DNA of 64,000 nucleotides, from assembly GCA_951406725.2 (NCBI GenBank), contig OX597826.1, positions 35,650,001 through 35,714,000 of the forward strand, in the 5' to 3' direction. Under the pieces are notes generated by a model. It was not told the origin of the DNA and did no database searches. It saw only the letters and a program-made list of their open reading frames with translations. Within the stretch, counting starts at the first letter, position 1, and the number at the start of each line of letters is the position of its first letter. The position numbers and the translations under genes are program-made. This document shows, piece by piece, positions 1-11,855 of the stretch. Source of the DNA: Octopus vulgaris (Eukaryota).

Positions 1-931
1 AATTCATTTCGGTGTTGATATTTAAACCATATGAAAATAAGAAAAATAAGAAAAAAAAAAAGAAAGAAAGAAAGAAAAAATTATTACCCCGAAGCCAAAC
101 CTCTTGCTGGTCATGCTCCATGTAGATTCCTTTAAAAAGTTCTACAATTAGAATTTTTCAAGATTATTCCTTCTTTGGAGAAACCAACCCAACCACTTCG
201 CATGTCAAATTTCTCTGCTGGTCTTTGTTTCCTTTTTGTTTTGTTTCCCAGCCATTTGAGAATAAGCAGAATCAAATACAACACCGATATCCAAAATGAA
301 AGGTAAGACTGCATGAAGAGAATGGCCTGCAGAAATTTTCTAAAGAGAGAATCAATAGAATTGTCACTGGAACAAGAATCTCTTCTATTTTCTTACAGGT
401 TCTGTCAGACGCAGGATGACTTTTAACCGTTTCTTTCGAAGTATTATCATCATTAATCTCTGAGTGGTTATTCGCTAGCCTCATTCAACTGAAAGTGATT
501 TCTTCAAGTGTTATTTCGAGCTAAGAGTCATAAATCTAAAAGTCATAAACTTTTCCATGAGCTGGCTGCATCGTACGTCTGTAACAAAGGTTGTACACAA
601 ATAATATTATAATACATTACATGTATATTACATATAACAGCCAGCACAATGTTCAGAAATGTATGAAACAGACACAACTTTTACTTGTTTCATATGGCAC
701 TAGTGTGTGTGTGTGTGTGTAGCTGTTAGAATGGGAAGAGCTTCTGAATTGATTTTCATGTTTGACTCTCCTATATATGCATGTATATGTACCTCAGTAT
801 ATGCACATAAACTTCCTTATAGTTCCAACACTCTAGGCAATATGAATATATATATATGTATGTGTGTGTGTGTGCATGCCTGTATATATATATATGTGTG
901 TGTGTTTGTATATATATATATGTGTGTGTTT

Positions 932-980
<49 letters not shown>

Positions 981-1002
981 AGTATACAAGAGCACTCCAT
1001 CA

Positions 1003-1317
1003 GTTACGATGATGAAGGTCCCAGCTGATATGATCAGTGGAACAGCTTGCACATAAAATCAACATGCAAGTGGATGAGTGCTCCACAGACACATGTATCC
1101 TTAACACAGTTCCCAGGGAGATTCAGCATGACACAAAGTGTGTGTGACAAGGCTGGCCCCTAGAAATACAGGTACTACTCATTTTTGCCAGATGAGTAGA
1201 CTGGAGCAACCTGAAATAAAACGTCTTGCTCAAGGACGCAATGCGTTTTTCAGGAATTGAACTCACAACCTTATGATTGGGAGGGAAATGCCCTAACCAC
1301 TATGCCACACACCTTCA
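1003..1317 (-). mobile_element. tRNA-derived SINE, family C
   Basis: tRNA-like head on the minus strand (B-box-like GAGTTCAATTCC) followed by a CTTGAGCAAGAC core; homologous to 21519-21830, 48990-49290 and the head of 29688-30050. Confidence 0.75.
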
Positions 1318-1344
1318 CTATGTGTGTGTATATATATATATATG

Positions 1345-1383
<39 letters not shown>

Positions 1384-1418
1384 ATGTGTGTATATATATA
1401 TATATATATATGGATGTG

Positions 1419-1467
<49 letters not shown>

Positions 1468-1499
1468 CATATGTATGGATGTATATATATATACATATA

Positions 1500-1738
1500 T
1501 AAATTATAATTAAGGGTATCTAAGAGATACCACCATGCTAGAAAATAGCAGCCAAAACTTGACAAAATAAACTAGCAAAAAATTACTGGGCAAATTGTCC
1601 AGTAATTTTTTGCTAGTTTATTTTGTCTCTTTGTCTTCTCTCCTGGTGCTGTATGAACATTTAATGTGGTTTTAGAGTCAAGTTTTGGCTGCTATTTCTA
1701 GCGTGGTGGTATCTCTTAGATACACTTAATTATAATTT
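1500..1738. repeat. Foldback (palindromic) copy of a dispersed repeat
   Basis: Outer arms ~1500-1563 / 1677-1738; inner ~33-bp-arm hairpin 1561-1627; an unrearranged relative lies at ~59058-59190. Confidence 0.85.
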
Positions 1739-2207
1739 TAATAATAATTATTACCTTTGAAGTTTTTATTCCCATGCTGGCCACCTGATAAGATCGGTAT
1801 TTTAAATAACTTTCTTATCCTTATTTATATATATTTATGTATATATATACATATATGTTCGTATGTATGTATGTATGTATGTATGTATGTATGTATGTAT
1901 GTATCTATCCGCATGCATTTGCCAATATGTGTGTGTGTGAAGTTACATTTCTTATATACTTAATGTTGTTAGAATTATTTACAGAATTATTCTTATGAAA
2001 GTTATTATTTCATTTAGAGACTTTTTTATTTATTTAGTTATTTTTATTTGTTGCCTCATACTTAGCTGCAGGATATTTAAGTAATGTAGCTGCAGTCTTT
2101 CTGCTGAGGCATTTTAAATAGCCTTAGACACACTTTTAGGCATACACACACTAACATTGTGAATGAATATATGCTTGTATAGATTTTGATAGATATGTAT
2201 ATATACA

Positions 2208-2368
2208 GGCGCAGTAGCGGCTGTATGGTTAGTAGCTTGCTTACCAATCACATGGTACCGGGTTCAGTTCAACTGTGTGGCACTTTGGGCAATGTCTTCT
2301 ACTATAGCCTCGGGCCAACCAAAGCCTTGTGGGTAGATTTGGTAGTCGAAAAGGGAAAGAAGCCCATC

Positions 2369-2410
<42 letters not shown>

Positions 2411-2650
2411 GTATATATATGTACACATATATATGTATGTGTTTGTATATGTTTGTGTTTGTGTTTGTCCCCCACCATCGCTTGATGACCGATGTTGGTG
2501 TGTTTACATCCCCATAACTTAGTGGTTCGGCAAAAGCAACTGATAGAATAAGTACTAGACTTACAAAGAATAAGCCCTGGGGTCAATTTGCTCAATTAAT
2601 GGCAGTGCTCCAGCATGGTCACAATCATATGACTGTAACAAATAAAAGAA
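2208..2650 (+). mobile_element. tRNA-derived SINE, family A (internal TA/TG microsatellite)
   Basis: tRNA-like head, GGGCAATGTCTTCTACTATAGCC core, internal microsatellite, 3' GTGCTCCAGCATGG...AAAAGA; more than 10 copies in the window. Confidence 0.85.
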
Positions 2651-2704
2651 TATGTATCTATTTATTTATATATACAGATGTATACACACATGCTAACATA
2701 TATA

Positions 2705-2980
2705 GGTGCAGTGTGGCTGTGTGGTGAGAAGAAGTTTTCGTTCAAGCTAAATGGTTCTAGGTTAAGTCCCTTGGCATGGCATCATGGACAAGTATCTTCT
2801 ACCGTAGCCCCAGGCACATTAAAGCCTTGAGATGGAAACTGAAAGAAGGCCATCACTTATATAATACCTAGCAGTTCAGCAAAAAGTGACTGATAGAATA
2901 ACTAACCATTCTTAAACCAAAAACAATAAAAGAACTGGGGTTGATTTGTTCAACTAAACCCTTCAAGGCAGTGCCCCAGG
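2705..2980 (+). mobile_element. Degenerate family A SINE
   Basis: Diverged head and partial tail matching 2208-2650. Confidence 0.65.
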
Positions 2981-3682
2981 GAGAGGGAGTTCTCCACTGG
3001 TTTTGATGGTTAGCATTCTGTTGATCAATCAACCGAATTATTTGCTCCTGGACTACGACACAAGTGTTTGAATATTCCACAGACACAGGTACCACTAAGA
3101 TAAGTCTCAAGTTGAATCAGCATGGTGCAGTATGTGATAATGCCAAAACATTTGAATTGCAGTTAGAATCCATCAAGTGGACTTTGGTACCAGTCCTGTA
3201 TGCCAAATTCTATTCACACAGTCTATGGGTTGACTTGGTGCTATAACAAATGGAATTTGCACAAGAAGTTATGCCATGCAATTGCACCCGAGTCCTCATA
3301 GTAGCAAAGCAAACTTATTAATGATTCACCTGCAGTAGGCCAGTAAGCCTATAAATATATGTATGCGTGTGTGTATGCATGTGTATGCATGCATGTACGT
3401 GTATGTGTGTGTATGTATGTATGTATGTATGTGTGTGTGTATGTATGTATGCATGTCATTATTCAGTTTTATCTCAAGATTTTTTGCCAATAAAGAGCCA
3501 TTTTGTAATCTATATCCAAGGTTCCTTCATTGGAATTTCAACAACATCAACAGGGTATTTTTATATGCATGTATGTATGTATGTATGTATGTATGTATGT
3601 ATGTATACATGTAGATCTATATGCTTTGTTTTATGTGTCTTCTCATATATATAGTTGCATATCTAGACATGCTGATATATAG

Positions 3683-3890
3683 TTAAATAATAAACTTCAG
3701 GAAAGTTTTACAAATTTTTACAGTTCCACTGATGGATTGGATCTGTAGTTTTCGAATCAGCTTTCTCCTTTCTGGTTTTGAGAAGCCTAATTTCTTAAGA
3801 TTGGTATTTAGGCAGTGTGTTACATATCCCAGTGCCCCAATAATTACAGGTATAGACCTGAACTTGTAATCTAGGTAGAGTAACAGCAAG
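3683..3890 (-). pseudogene. 3' fragment of an RLE-type (R4-like) non-LTR retrotransposon ORF
   Basis: YKFRSIPVIIGALGYV...LQIQSISGTVKICKTFL resembles the C-terminus after the restriction-like endonuclease (PVxIGALG motif). Confidence 0.65.
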
Positions 3891-4019
3891 TATATATGTA
3901 CATATACATGTATATATGTTCTGTTTCTCATTTTAACTCAAAGTAAACTTTTAACTGGCCACTGACTTGGTAGCCATGTTGTGAAGAAAGGTAGCTTGAT
4001 TTACCCGTCATCCCTTAAA

Positions 4020-4178
4020 TCTTAGATTTTTATAGTCCCAGATATTGTGTTCATTTATAACATATGGATTAAAGGATTTGCATTCCCTCCCCAAGATTCC
4101 AAGTGCAGCTATAACTTGCTCCAGACACATTGGTATATATCCTGTTGCTCCAATAATGTATTTAGTTTGTATCTGTAT
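4020..4178 (-). pseudogene. Second, diverged RLE-type LINE C-terminal fragment
   Basis: IIGATGYIPMCLEQ...(frameshift)...NTISGTIKI aligns by eye to the 3683-3890 peptide. Confidence 0.55.
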
Positions 4179-4210
4179 ATGATTGTACATATGTATGTAT
4201 ATATACGTGC

Positions 4211-4265
<55 letters not shown>

Positions 4266-4849
4266 AATAACAAATGAAAAACAGAAGATGGAATATACAA
4301 GAATATATTATTAATCACAACAATTGTTTCGACACATCTAGCACCGATTCCTCTTGTAGGACCCTCAACAACTGGCACAAGAGTTTCCGGTGGTGCTGAT
4401 GTATGTTGTGATAAATAAATATAAAAAAATTATAAAAATTACTGTTCCACAATGCAACTTTCTGTTTTGTAGAGAGAAAAACAGCCAGACGGAGGAAAAA
4501 TCTTCATATATATATAGAAGATCCAAAAATAAAATTGCTGAAGACAAAACGAGAAACAAACACACACATACTCATGTATATGGAAGCATGGATGCAGGTA
4601 GTGTGCATGTGTAAGAATATGGTGTAGCATCTGCTGTATTAATGAATGTACATGTGATGAGCTAAGATTCTAAATCGAAATCACAATTATTAAATATTAA
4701 AATTTCATTTGCTATGAGTTATGTGTCACACGCTGATGAGTTGAGTTATCTCTCTGCAAGGCTGGCTGCATGAAACATTTACATTCGTCAGACTAATAAC
4801 TTGATAGAAATATATCTAACAAACACATATACATAATAGGCACACACAC

Positions 4850-5204
4850 ATACTCACACACATACACACGTATATATAATATATATATATATTTACATGT
4901 ATGTATGTGTGTTTATATATATATATATACATATATATATACTTGTATGTATATAAGCATACAAATACATATACATGTATACATATATAGATCAATACAT
5001 ATGCATATTTATACTCACATCAATAAATGTATATTGTGCGTGTATGCATGTGTAGAAATACATACATATATATATATATATATGTATACAAACACACATG
5101 CACATATATATGCATACACCAGTATATATGTGTGTATGTGTTTATATATATGAATATGTATATAGCATATATTAATATGCATGTATGCTCGTGGATATAT
5201 ATGT

Positions 5205-5257
<53 letters not shown>

Positions 5258-5367
5258 CATACATATATATATATATGTATACGTATGTATATATATATAT
5301 ATACACACATACACAATATATATACATATTTATATATATATATACACACATACACAATATATATACA

Positions 5368-5407
<40 letters not shown>

Positions 5408-5560
5408 CATATATATATATATATATACCCACACATACATACATATACACACACACACATATATATATATACATATATGCATACCACCATCTATATATGT
5501 ATGTAAACATATATGCACACACATATATAGAGAGATAGGTATACATATACACACATGCAT
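4850..5560. repeat. Compound (TA)n/(CA)n microsatellite tract
   Basis: Direct reading; similar large tracts at 12765-13100, 32040-33020, 47536-48020, 56760-57180. Confidence 0.95.
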
Positions 5561-7433
5561 GCACTGAATTTGTTAAAGCTTGCTTATATATTAATCCATA
5601 CTCCTTTAGAACTCTGATCCCTTAACTCCATAAATATTATTATGTAATAAATCTATTGTTGTTGTTATAGTTGTTTAGCCTTCAGGTCAGCTTTGATTGA
5701 TCAACAGTTAGAACAATGTTCTTCACATTAATTACTTAGCCAATGCATCAAGTGCAAGGATTTTGAATCTGAACTCTTCCTAGCTCACCGTTATATATCC
5801 AGATATTAAATGAAATCATTTACAAAGATATCATGTGGAGAAATTGTTCTTTAGAACTACAATACTCAATTAAATGAATATCCAAGTAACAGAAATATTA
5901 ATTACAGATATCCTCATTAAGAGAATTCACACCATGATAAAATCAGGATTTTCAAGGTTTAATTCCAATGTCCCGAGGAAGAGTATTTAGGGCTGTATTT
6001 AACAAGCCAGAGTTAAATAATTATAGCCATATGAAATGGTGAAAATTTAAGTCATCGCTTTCCTAAAATTCTTCAGATGAAAGTCTGAATTTTTATGTTT
6101 TTTTTTTAGGTTTTGTTTTATTATTTTCCCTATTCCATTACGAAATAGTGGGTCTTGAAATCTGCTCCCGCCTCAGTGGCATCACTAATGTTTGTTAATT
6201 TTCCTCCCGGTCACCATTTAAGCAACATCGTTTAATCACAGTTATACACTTCTGTTTGAAGGTAAAGGAGACGCTTCATCTGACAGGCAATAATCTCGTT
6301 AACCTATCAACTTTCCATTTCTGTTATGATTATCTAACTCTTGCTGAAATTCCTCTGGTTCATTAATTGTTTAATTTCGATATTATTTTTCTGTTAGTTT
6401 GGATATCATAATTGATTGCAAAAATTTTGGCTGGTTCCTTATAGAAGAATAATATAAGATCGTTTAACTACTTTAAATATAATATTGCTTCGTCAACACA
6501 ATAAAAGAATTATCTCCCTTTACCCTAATTATAGTGTCACATTCAATTTGATTAATAATTATACAAAAATAATGATGAAAATAAAACATGGAGGCCAAAA
6601 TGAGATTGAAGTGTAATTATTAATTTAGTGGTGAGTGAACTGAAAGAAATTAGAAGCACCTTAGATGCTGCAAGACATATCTCTTCTTTGGATGGATGGG
6701 AAAATGTTAAGAAAGAAATACAGGGATGACTGAAAAATGTATTTTAGCCTGTGTTAGGTTTTGTTGAAAAATGCTGAAGGTTGAATGACCGGTAGTGGAG
6801 GGGGAAGGATGATGTTTCATAAGTATTAAAGTAAAACTGGAAATATCTGTTTTTGCAGTGTGCATGATTTGTTTGTATCTGTGTGCATATGTATTTCTGT
6901 GTGCCATTAACAGTTATGTGTGTATAGTTAGTTCTCTCATTGTTATGTATGTATAGTGTGTATAGTGCTTACATTATGTGTGTATAGGGCATACATTATA
7001 GATCTAACGTGTATGAATTTATGTAGATAAATGTATTGTTCTGAAGTATTTAGATAACAGTGTTATAAAAGATGAGATGCTAGAGTTATGAGGAATCTGT
7101 GTATGAGTGTATATCATTGGTCTGTATGTGTGTGTGTATATCATTACTGTGTGTGTGTGTGTATCATTGCTGTGTGTGTGTGTGTAAGGCAGATTGAGAG
7201 AAACTCATTTGAAGTTGACTTTTGTTGTAGACATTATGATGGATGGCTTCATGACTTCAAAGACTTCGAAAATGAAAATAAAATCCCTTATTTGAAAAAA
7301 GGTAAAGTTTGGTGGCAGAAGGGCTTCCTGCTATAACATTCTACTTCAAAACTATCCTCCTCTCTAACCTATGCCAGCACTGAAAGTCAGGCCTTAAATG
7401 TATGAACAACCACACACATGCACATTATATATA

Positions 7434-7466
<33 letters not shown>

Positions 7467-7468
<2 letters not shown>

Positions 7469-8145
7469 CAATAATAATTCTCTAAACGAGATATAGACAG
7501 TAACTGCTCCATAACATAAGGGACGTTAGCCATCCGAATGTGGCTAGGGACAGGGCAGGGCGGTGGGGGTGTTACTGATGCATTTAGCCCCAGGCGATCA
7601 TCAACGTCACCAGGAGGGCTGACGCCATCACGGCGTCCTCTAGCCTGCAAAGGGAGATCATTCCTCGAAGAAGCGGATGCCACATACGGACCCAGGTTTC
7701 AAGGTGTTTGCTTATTATCAACGTATGGCAGGCACCGCCCCTCGACGAACGACTCTCTGTGCAGGCTATCTATATAAAGATTTTCACAGTAAATACATTT
7801 ACTGATGTAGAAAATCTGTTCGACAGCAATAATAATTCTCTAAACGAGATATAGACAGTAACTGCTCCATAACATAAGGGACGTTAGCCATCCGAATGTG
7901 GCTAGGGACAGGGCAGGGCGGTGGGGGTGTTACTGATGCATTTAGCCCCAGGCGATCATCAACGTCACCAGGAGGGTCCGTATGTGGCATCCGCTTCTTT
8001 GGGGAATGATCTCCCTTTGCAGGCTAGAGGACGCCGTGATGGCGTCAGCCCTCCTGGTGACGTTGATGATCGCCTGGGGCTAAATGCATCAGTAACACCC
8101 CCACTGCCCTGCCCTGTCCCTAGCCACATTCGGATGGCTAACGTC

Positions 8146-8151
<6 letters not shown>
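7467..8151 (-). mobile_element. Retrozyme-like element: 358-bp monomer + 152-bp partial tandem copy + 178-bp inverted copy, inserted in (TA)n
   Basis: 7825-7976 repeats 7467-7618; 7974-8151 is the reverse complement of 7516-7693 (3 mismatches); contains an HHR motif; GC-rich and CpG-retaining relative to the flanks. Confidence 0.75.
7678..7730 (-). ncRNA. Type I hammerhead ribozyme with U3-A8 core variant
   Basis: Minus strand: UGCCAUACG-UUGAUAA-U-AAG CAAACAC CUU-GAAAC CUGG GUC^CGUAUGUGGCA; perfect 6-bp proximal stem I; stem III self-complementary. Confidence 0.72.
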
Positions 8152-8195
<44 letters not shown>

Positions 8196-8208
8196 GTATA
8201 TGTATGTA

Positions 8209-8242
<34 letters not shown>

Positions 8243-8269
8243 TAGATAGATAGATAGATAGATAGACAG

Positions 8270-8562
8270 ATACAAAATTAAGAGGAATGACCACTAAAGT
8301 GGACACCTAACATGCTAAACATAGACATGAAATCTTGCAGATATCTGCATGCTTGCATACGCAGATATTAACAAGTGAAACCATTGGTACGTAGGTAATC
8401 GTTTTTTATTTCATATATTTTCATTTGTCTTGCTCATTTTTACATTTTGGCGTTTTGCTGAGATTTTTCTTGAGAACACACTCTTCATAGTAATGGTGAT
8501 TTGACGTCTATGTTTAGCATATTAGGTGTCCACTTTAGTGGTCATTCCTCTTAATTTTGTAT
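8270..8562. repeat. 57-bp inverted repeat pair enclosing ~180 bp
   Basis: 8270-8326 vs 8506-8562, one mismatch. Confidence 0.9.
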
Positions 8563-8655
8563 GTAACACAATTTTGAATCTTCAGACTTTTCAAATATGC
8601 AAAGCCACTGATTTTAATTGATTAATATCAATTTCTACCCTTATTATTTCATTTT

Positions 8656-8708
<53 letters not shown>

Positions 8709-8721
8709 GGTATACATATAG

Positions 8722-8791
<70 letters not shown>

Positions 8792-11055
8792 AGAGAGGGG
8801 ATTCTTTAAAATTACAGCTGATAGCTTGATTTGTGACTCAAGTTTCTTGACACAGGCAAAACATTTACTAATCAGTACTGGTGTTGTATATGGGTGTGTG
8901 CGTGTGTGGTCTGTTGCTTGTCTTAGTGTTTGTGTATGTGTATGATTATAGACATACAAATACACACACACATACGTAGGTGTATGTTTGTATGAACTCA
9001 TATATATGTCTATGCAGATGAATGAATCAATATATTATACCTAGAGTGATATTTGTTAAAAAAAAATAATAACATCCCATTTGATATTCAATAACACATA
9101 TAGAAATTAAGCATAAACATACATCAACATACAGATACACAGACACACACATAAACACATAGACAATTACACACAGATTTTTACTGAAAGAAAAATACAC
9201 AAACCTAAAACAATACCAAGTGAAAGTCATACATTCCAATATAAGTATATTTCTTCTCCAACATCAACACTAAATAAAATACGCAAATATAAAGTCATTT
9301 ATTGGCCAAAAGAATAATATGGGTGTTTTATGGTAAACCGTTATTGATAATAAGAATAACAGAAGAAATCAATGGCCCTAAAGTAGAATTTGTTTGTTTA
9401 ATCACTGAATAGCAAAGGAAAGATTTCTATTTTTTTATATTTTCTGTATTGTTTTTTTATTATTATTTTTATTCTTGATATAAGCTCATCCGGACATTAT
9501 AATTGTTTAGAGAAAAAAAAAACCATTTTTTTATTGCTCAATACTTTTTATTATATGATTGTAATTCCTTCAGAGCCTCTCTCTCTCTCTCTCTCTCTTC
9601 TTCTTCCTCTCTCTCTATCTCTTCCACGCTTTTCCTCTCTCCCTCTATCCACATTTTCAGATGGGTGTGTGGGTGTGGTTTATAGAATTATAGGTAATTG
9701 TTTGTTTTGGTTTATTGTTGCTTTGTTGTTACTACTACTACTGCTGCTACTACCACTACAACTACTACTACTATAATTGTTGTAGTTCCTATCATCATCA
9801 TCACCATCATTATTGTTTGCTGTTACTTTCATACTGTTCTATTCTGTATTGCTGCAAAAGGACCCACCTGTGGCTATGCAACCCCATCCCTCACACCCCT
9901 CCACACCCCTCTAACATATACTGTGTCATTTCTATGGCAGCATTGCCTTTTAGAATTGGTCTTATTAACTGCCTAATGGTTCTCCGTTCCAAAGTACAAC
10001 TTACCTGGATTATTATCTAACAGTTCTTGCCATAGATTCACACTCCATATTGTTATGAAGCTTTTTTACATATTTTTTTTTATTGTGGGGGTGAGTGGTG
10101 GAAGACAATATTTTTTGTTTTAGAAATATATAGAGATTTTTATCAGAAACAAACATCATCATCATCATCACCATCATCATTGTCATTGTTGTTATCACCA
10201 TCATCGTCATCATCATCATCATCATCACCACTGTTACCATTGATAGTGTTATTGCAGCGTTATTGACATCATCATAATTGTACTTGTCATTGTCATCATC
10301 AGCATCATCATATCACCATCATCATTGTCATCACGATTGTCATCAACAGCATTATCATCACTATCATATCACTAGCATCGTATCATCCTTATCCTCCTCA
10401 TCATCATCATCATCATCATGTTTCACTGAGGCAAGCCCTTACAGTGTACTAATCATAATATCTGTGTATGCAGAGTGTATCTATTCTAAACTTCAAAACA
10501 ATAGTGGTTGGTGGTGGGCATGGGTGCCACCATCAGTCAAAGTCAGCCATTCCTCTGCACAAGTATGGACAAACCTAAGCAAAGTTTTTTTGAGGACGAT
10601 TGGCATCTGCCCATGTATGGAAGACTCCCCTCTCCCCACAAAACTGATTTTTATCTAAAGGAAAGATCACTGACTTGGGCCAACCAAACTGGCATCAGTG
10701 TTATTGCAGGTGATATTATCAATCAAAATTGTAGAATAGATACTGCAAGTTATCTTCCCCATTCTATAACCATTCCTTCAATTTGACACTCTAGAATAGC
10801 ACTGTTTTATGACTTCAATCTGAGAACAAAGTTAACCTTTACAGGATTTGAACTCAGGATGCAGTGAGTCACAACATATACCATGAGACACAACACTCTA
10901 ACAACATGGTCAATTTACTCCCTGTTAAATCTATTTGTGTAGCTCTTCATATAAATATTTTTGTCTCAGGTTGGCAAGTACGTTTCATTGAAACTTTGTT
11001 GAAATTAAATAAAGATCATGGGATTATTATTTCACTGTAAATATATTTTCAAATC

Positions 11056-11420
11056 ATCATCATCATTGTTGTTTAACGTCTACTTTCCATGCTGGCATGG
11101 GTTGGATGTTTTGACTGAGGGCTGGGTAGCCAGAAGGCTGCACCAGGCTCCAATCTGATCTGGCAAAGTTTTTACAGCTGGATACCCTTCCTAACGTCAA
11201 CCAATCTGATAGTGTAGTGGGTGTATTTTACATGCCACCGGCAAGAGGGCCAGTCAGGTGGTACTGGCATTGACCATGCTTGGATGGTGCTTTTTACATG
11301 TCACCGGGACAGAAGCCATTCAGGCAGCATTGGTAACAACCACCCTCAAATGGTACTTTTTACCAGTCAGCCAGCACTGGCATTGACCATGCTGAAATGT
11401 TGCCTTTTACGTGCCACCGA
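11056..11420 (-). mobile_element. 5'-truncated RTE LINE 3' end / RTE-tailed SINE
   Basis: Reverse complement matches the 3' UTR at 54560-54823, including the GGCACGTAAAA repeats and (GAT)n tail. Confidence 0.85.
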
Positions 11421-11810
11421 CACAGGAGTGTAATCCCCGAAGTATATAATTGTCAACATGGATGTATGGAAGAATGAGCTACTTGTGGTGTGCAATGGAG
11501 GTGAAGTATCATGATACCTGAACAGGATTTTGTGGAGGACTGCAAGGAAATGATGCTGTTTAACAGCATCTGCAACCCCATTGTTTACAACAAGTAAATG
11601 CATATGAAGGTGAGAGAAGTATGATCTCAAACAAACATGCATCTGTAAACATGCACATGTGTAGATACATATGTATTTATGTATATCATCTGAGCTCATC
11701 TCCATAACAAGCCAAACAGGACAATACTTTGATAGCTGACCAATTGGCAATAAATTTTATCCATTTCTTAGTACATTAGGAATGAGAACCCAGGTTCGAA
11801 ATTTCCCCAA

Positions 11811-11855
11811 GACACCTGATGAGGCTGGAGGGTATATCAGCTGAAACGTTGTGTT
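11811..11855 (+). ncRNA. Minimal type I hammerhead ribozyme (Penelope-like)
   Basis: GACAC-CUGAUGA-GGCUG(10 nt)CAGCU-GAAAC-GUU^GUGUU; stem III reduced to the palindrome ACGU. Confidence 0.7.

Noticed and set aside
4734-4782. CTGATGAG...GAAAC as a hammerhead (also CTGATGAGG at ~55829)
   Set aside because: I could not pair stems I-III convincingly
7387-8241. ORFs of 63-106 aa across the 358-bp repeat
   Set aside because: No recognisable domain, they run into microsatellite, and they are explained by higher GC and the duplication
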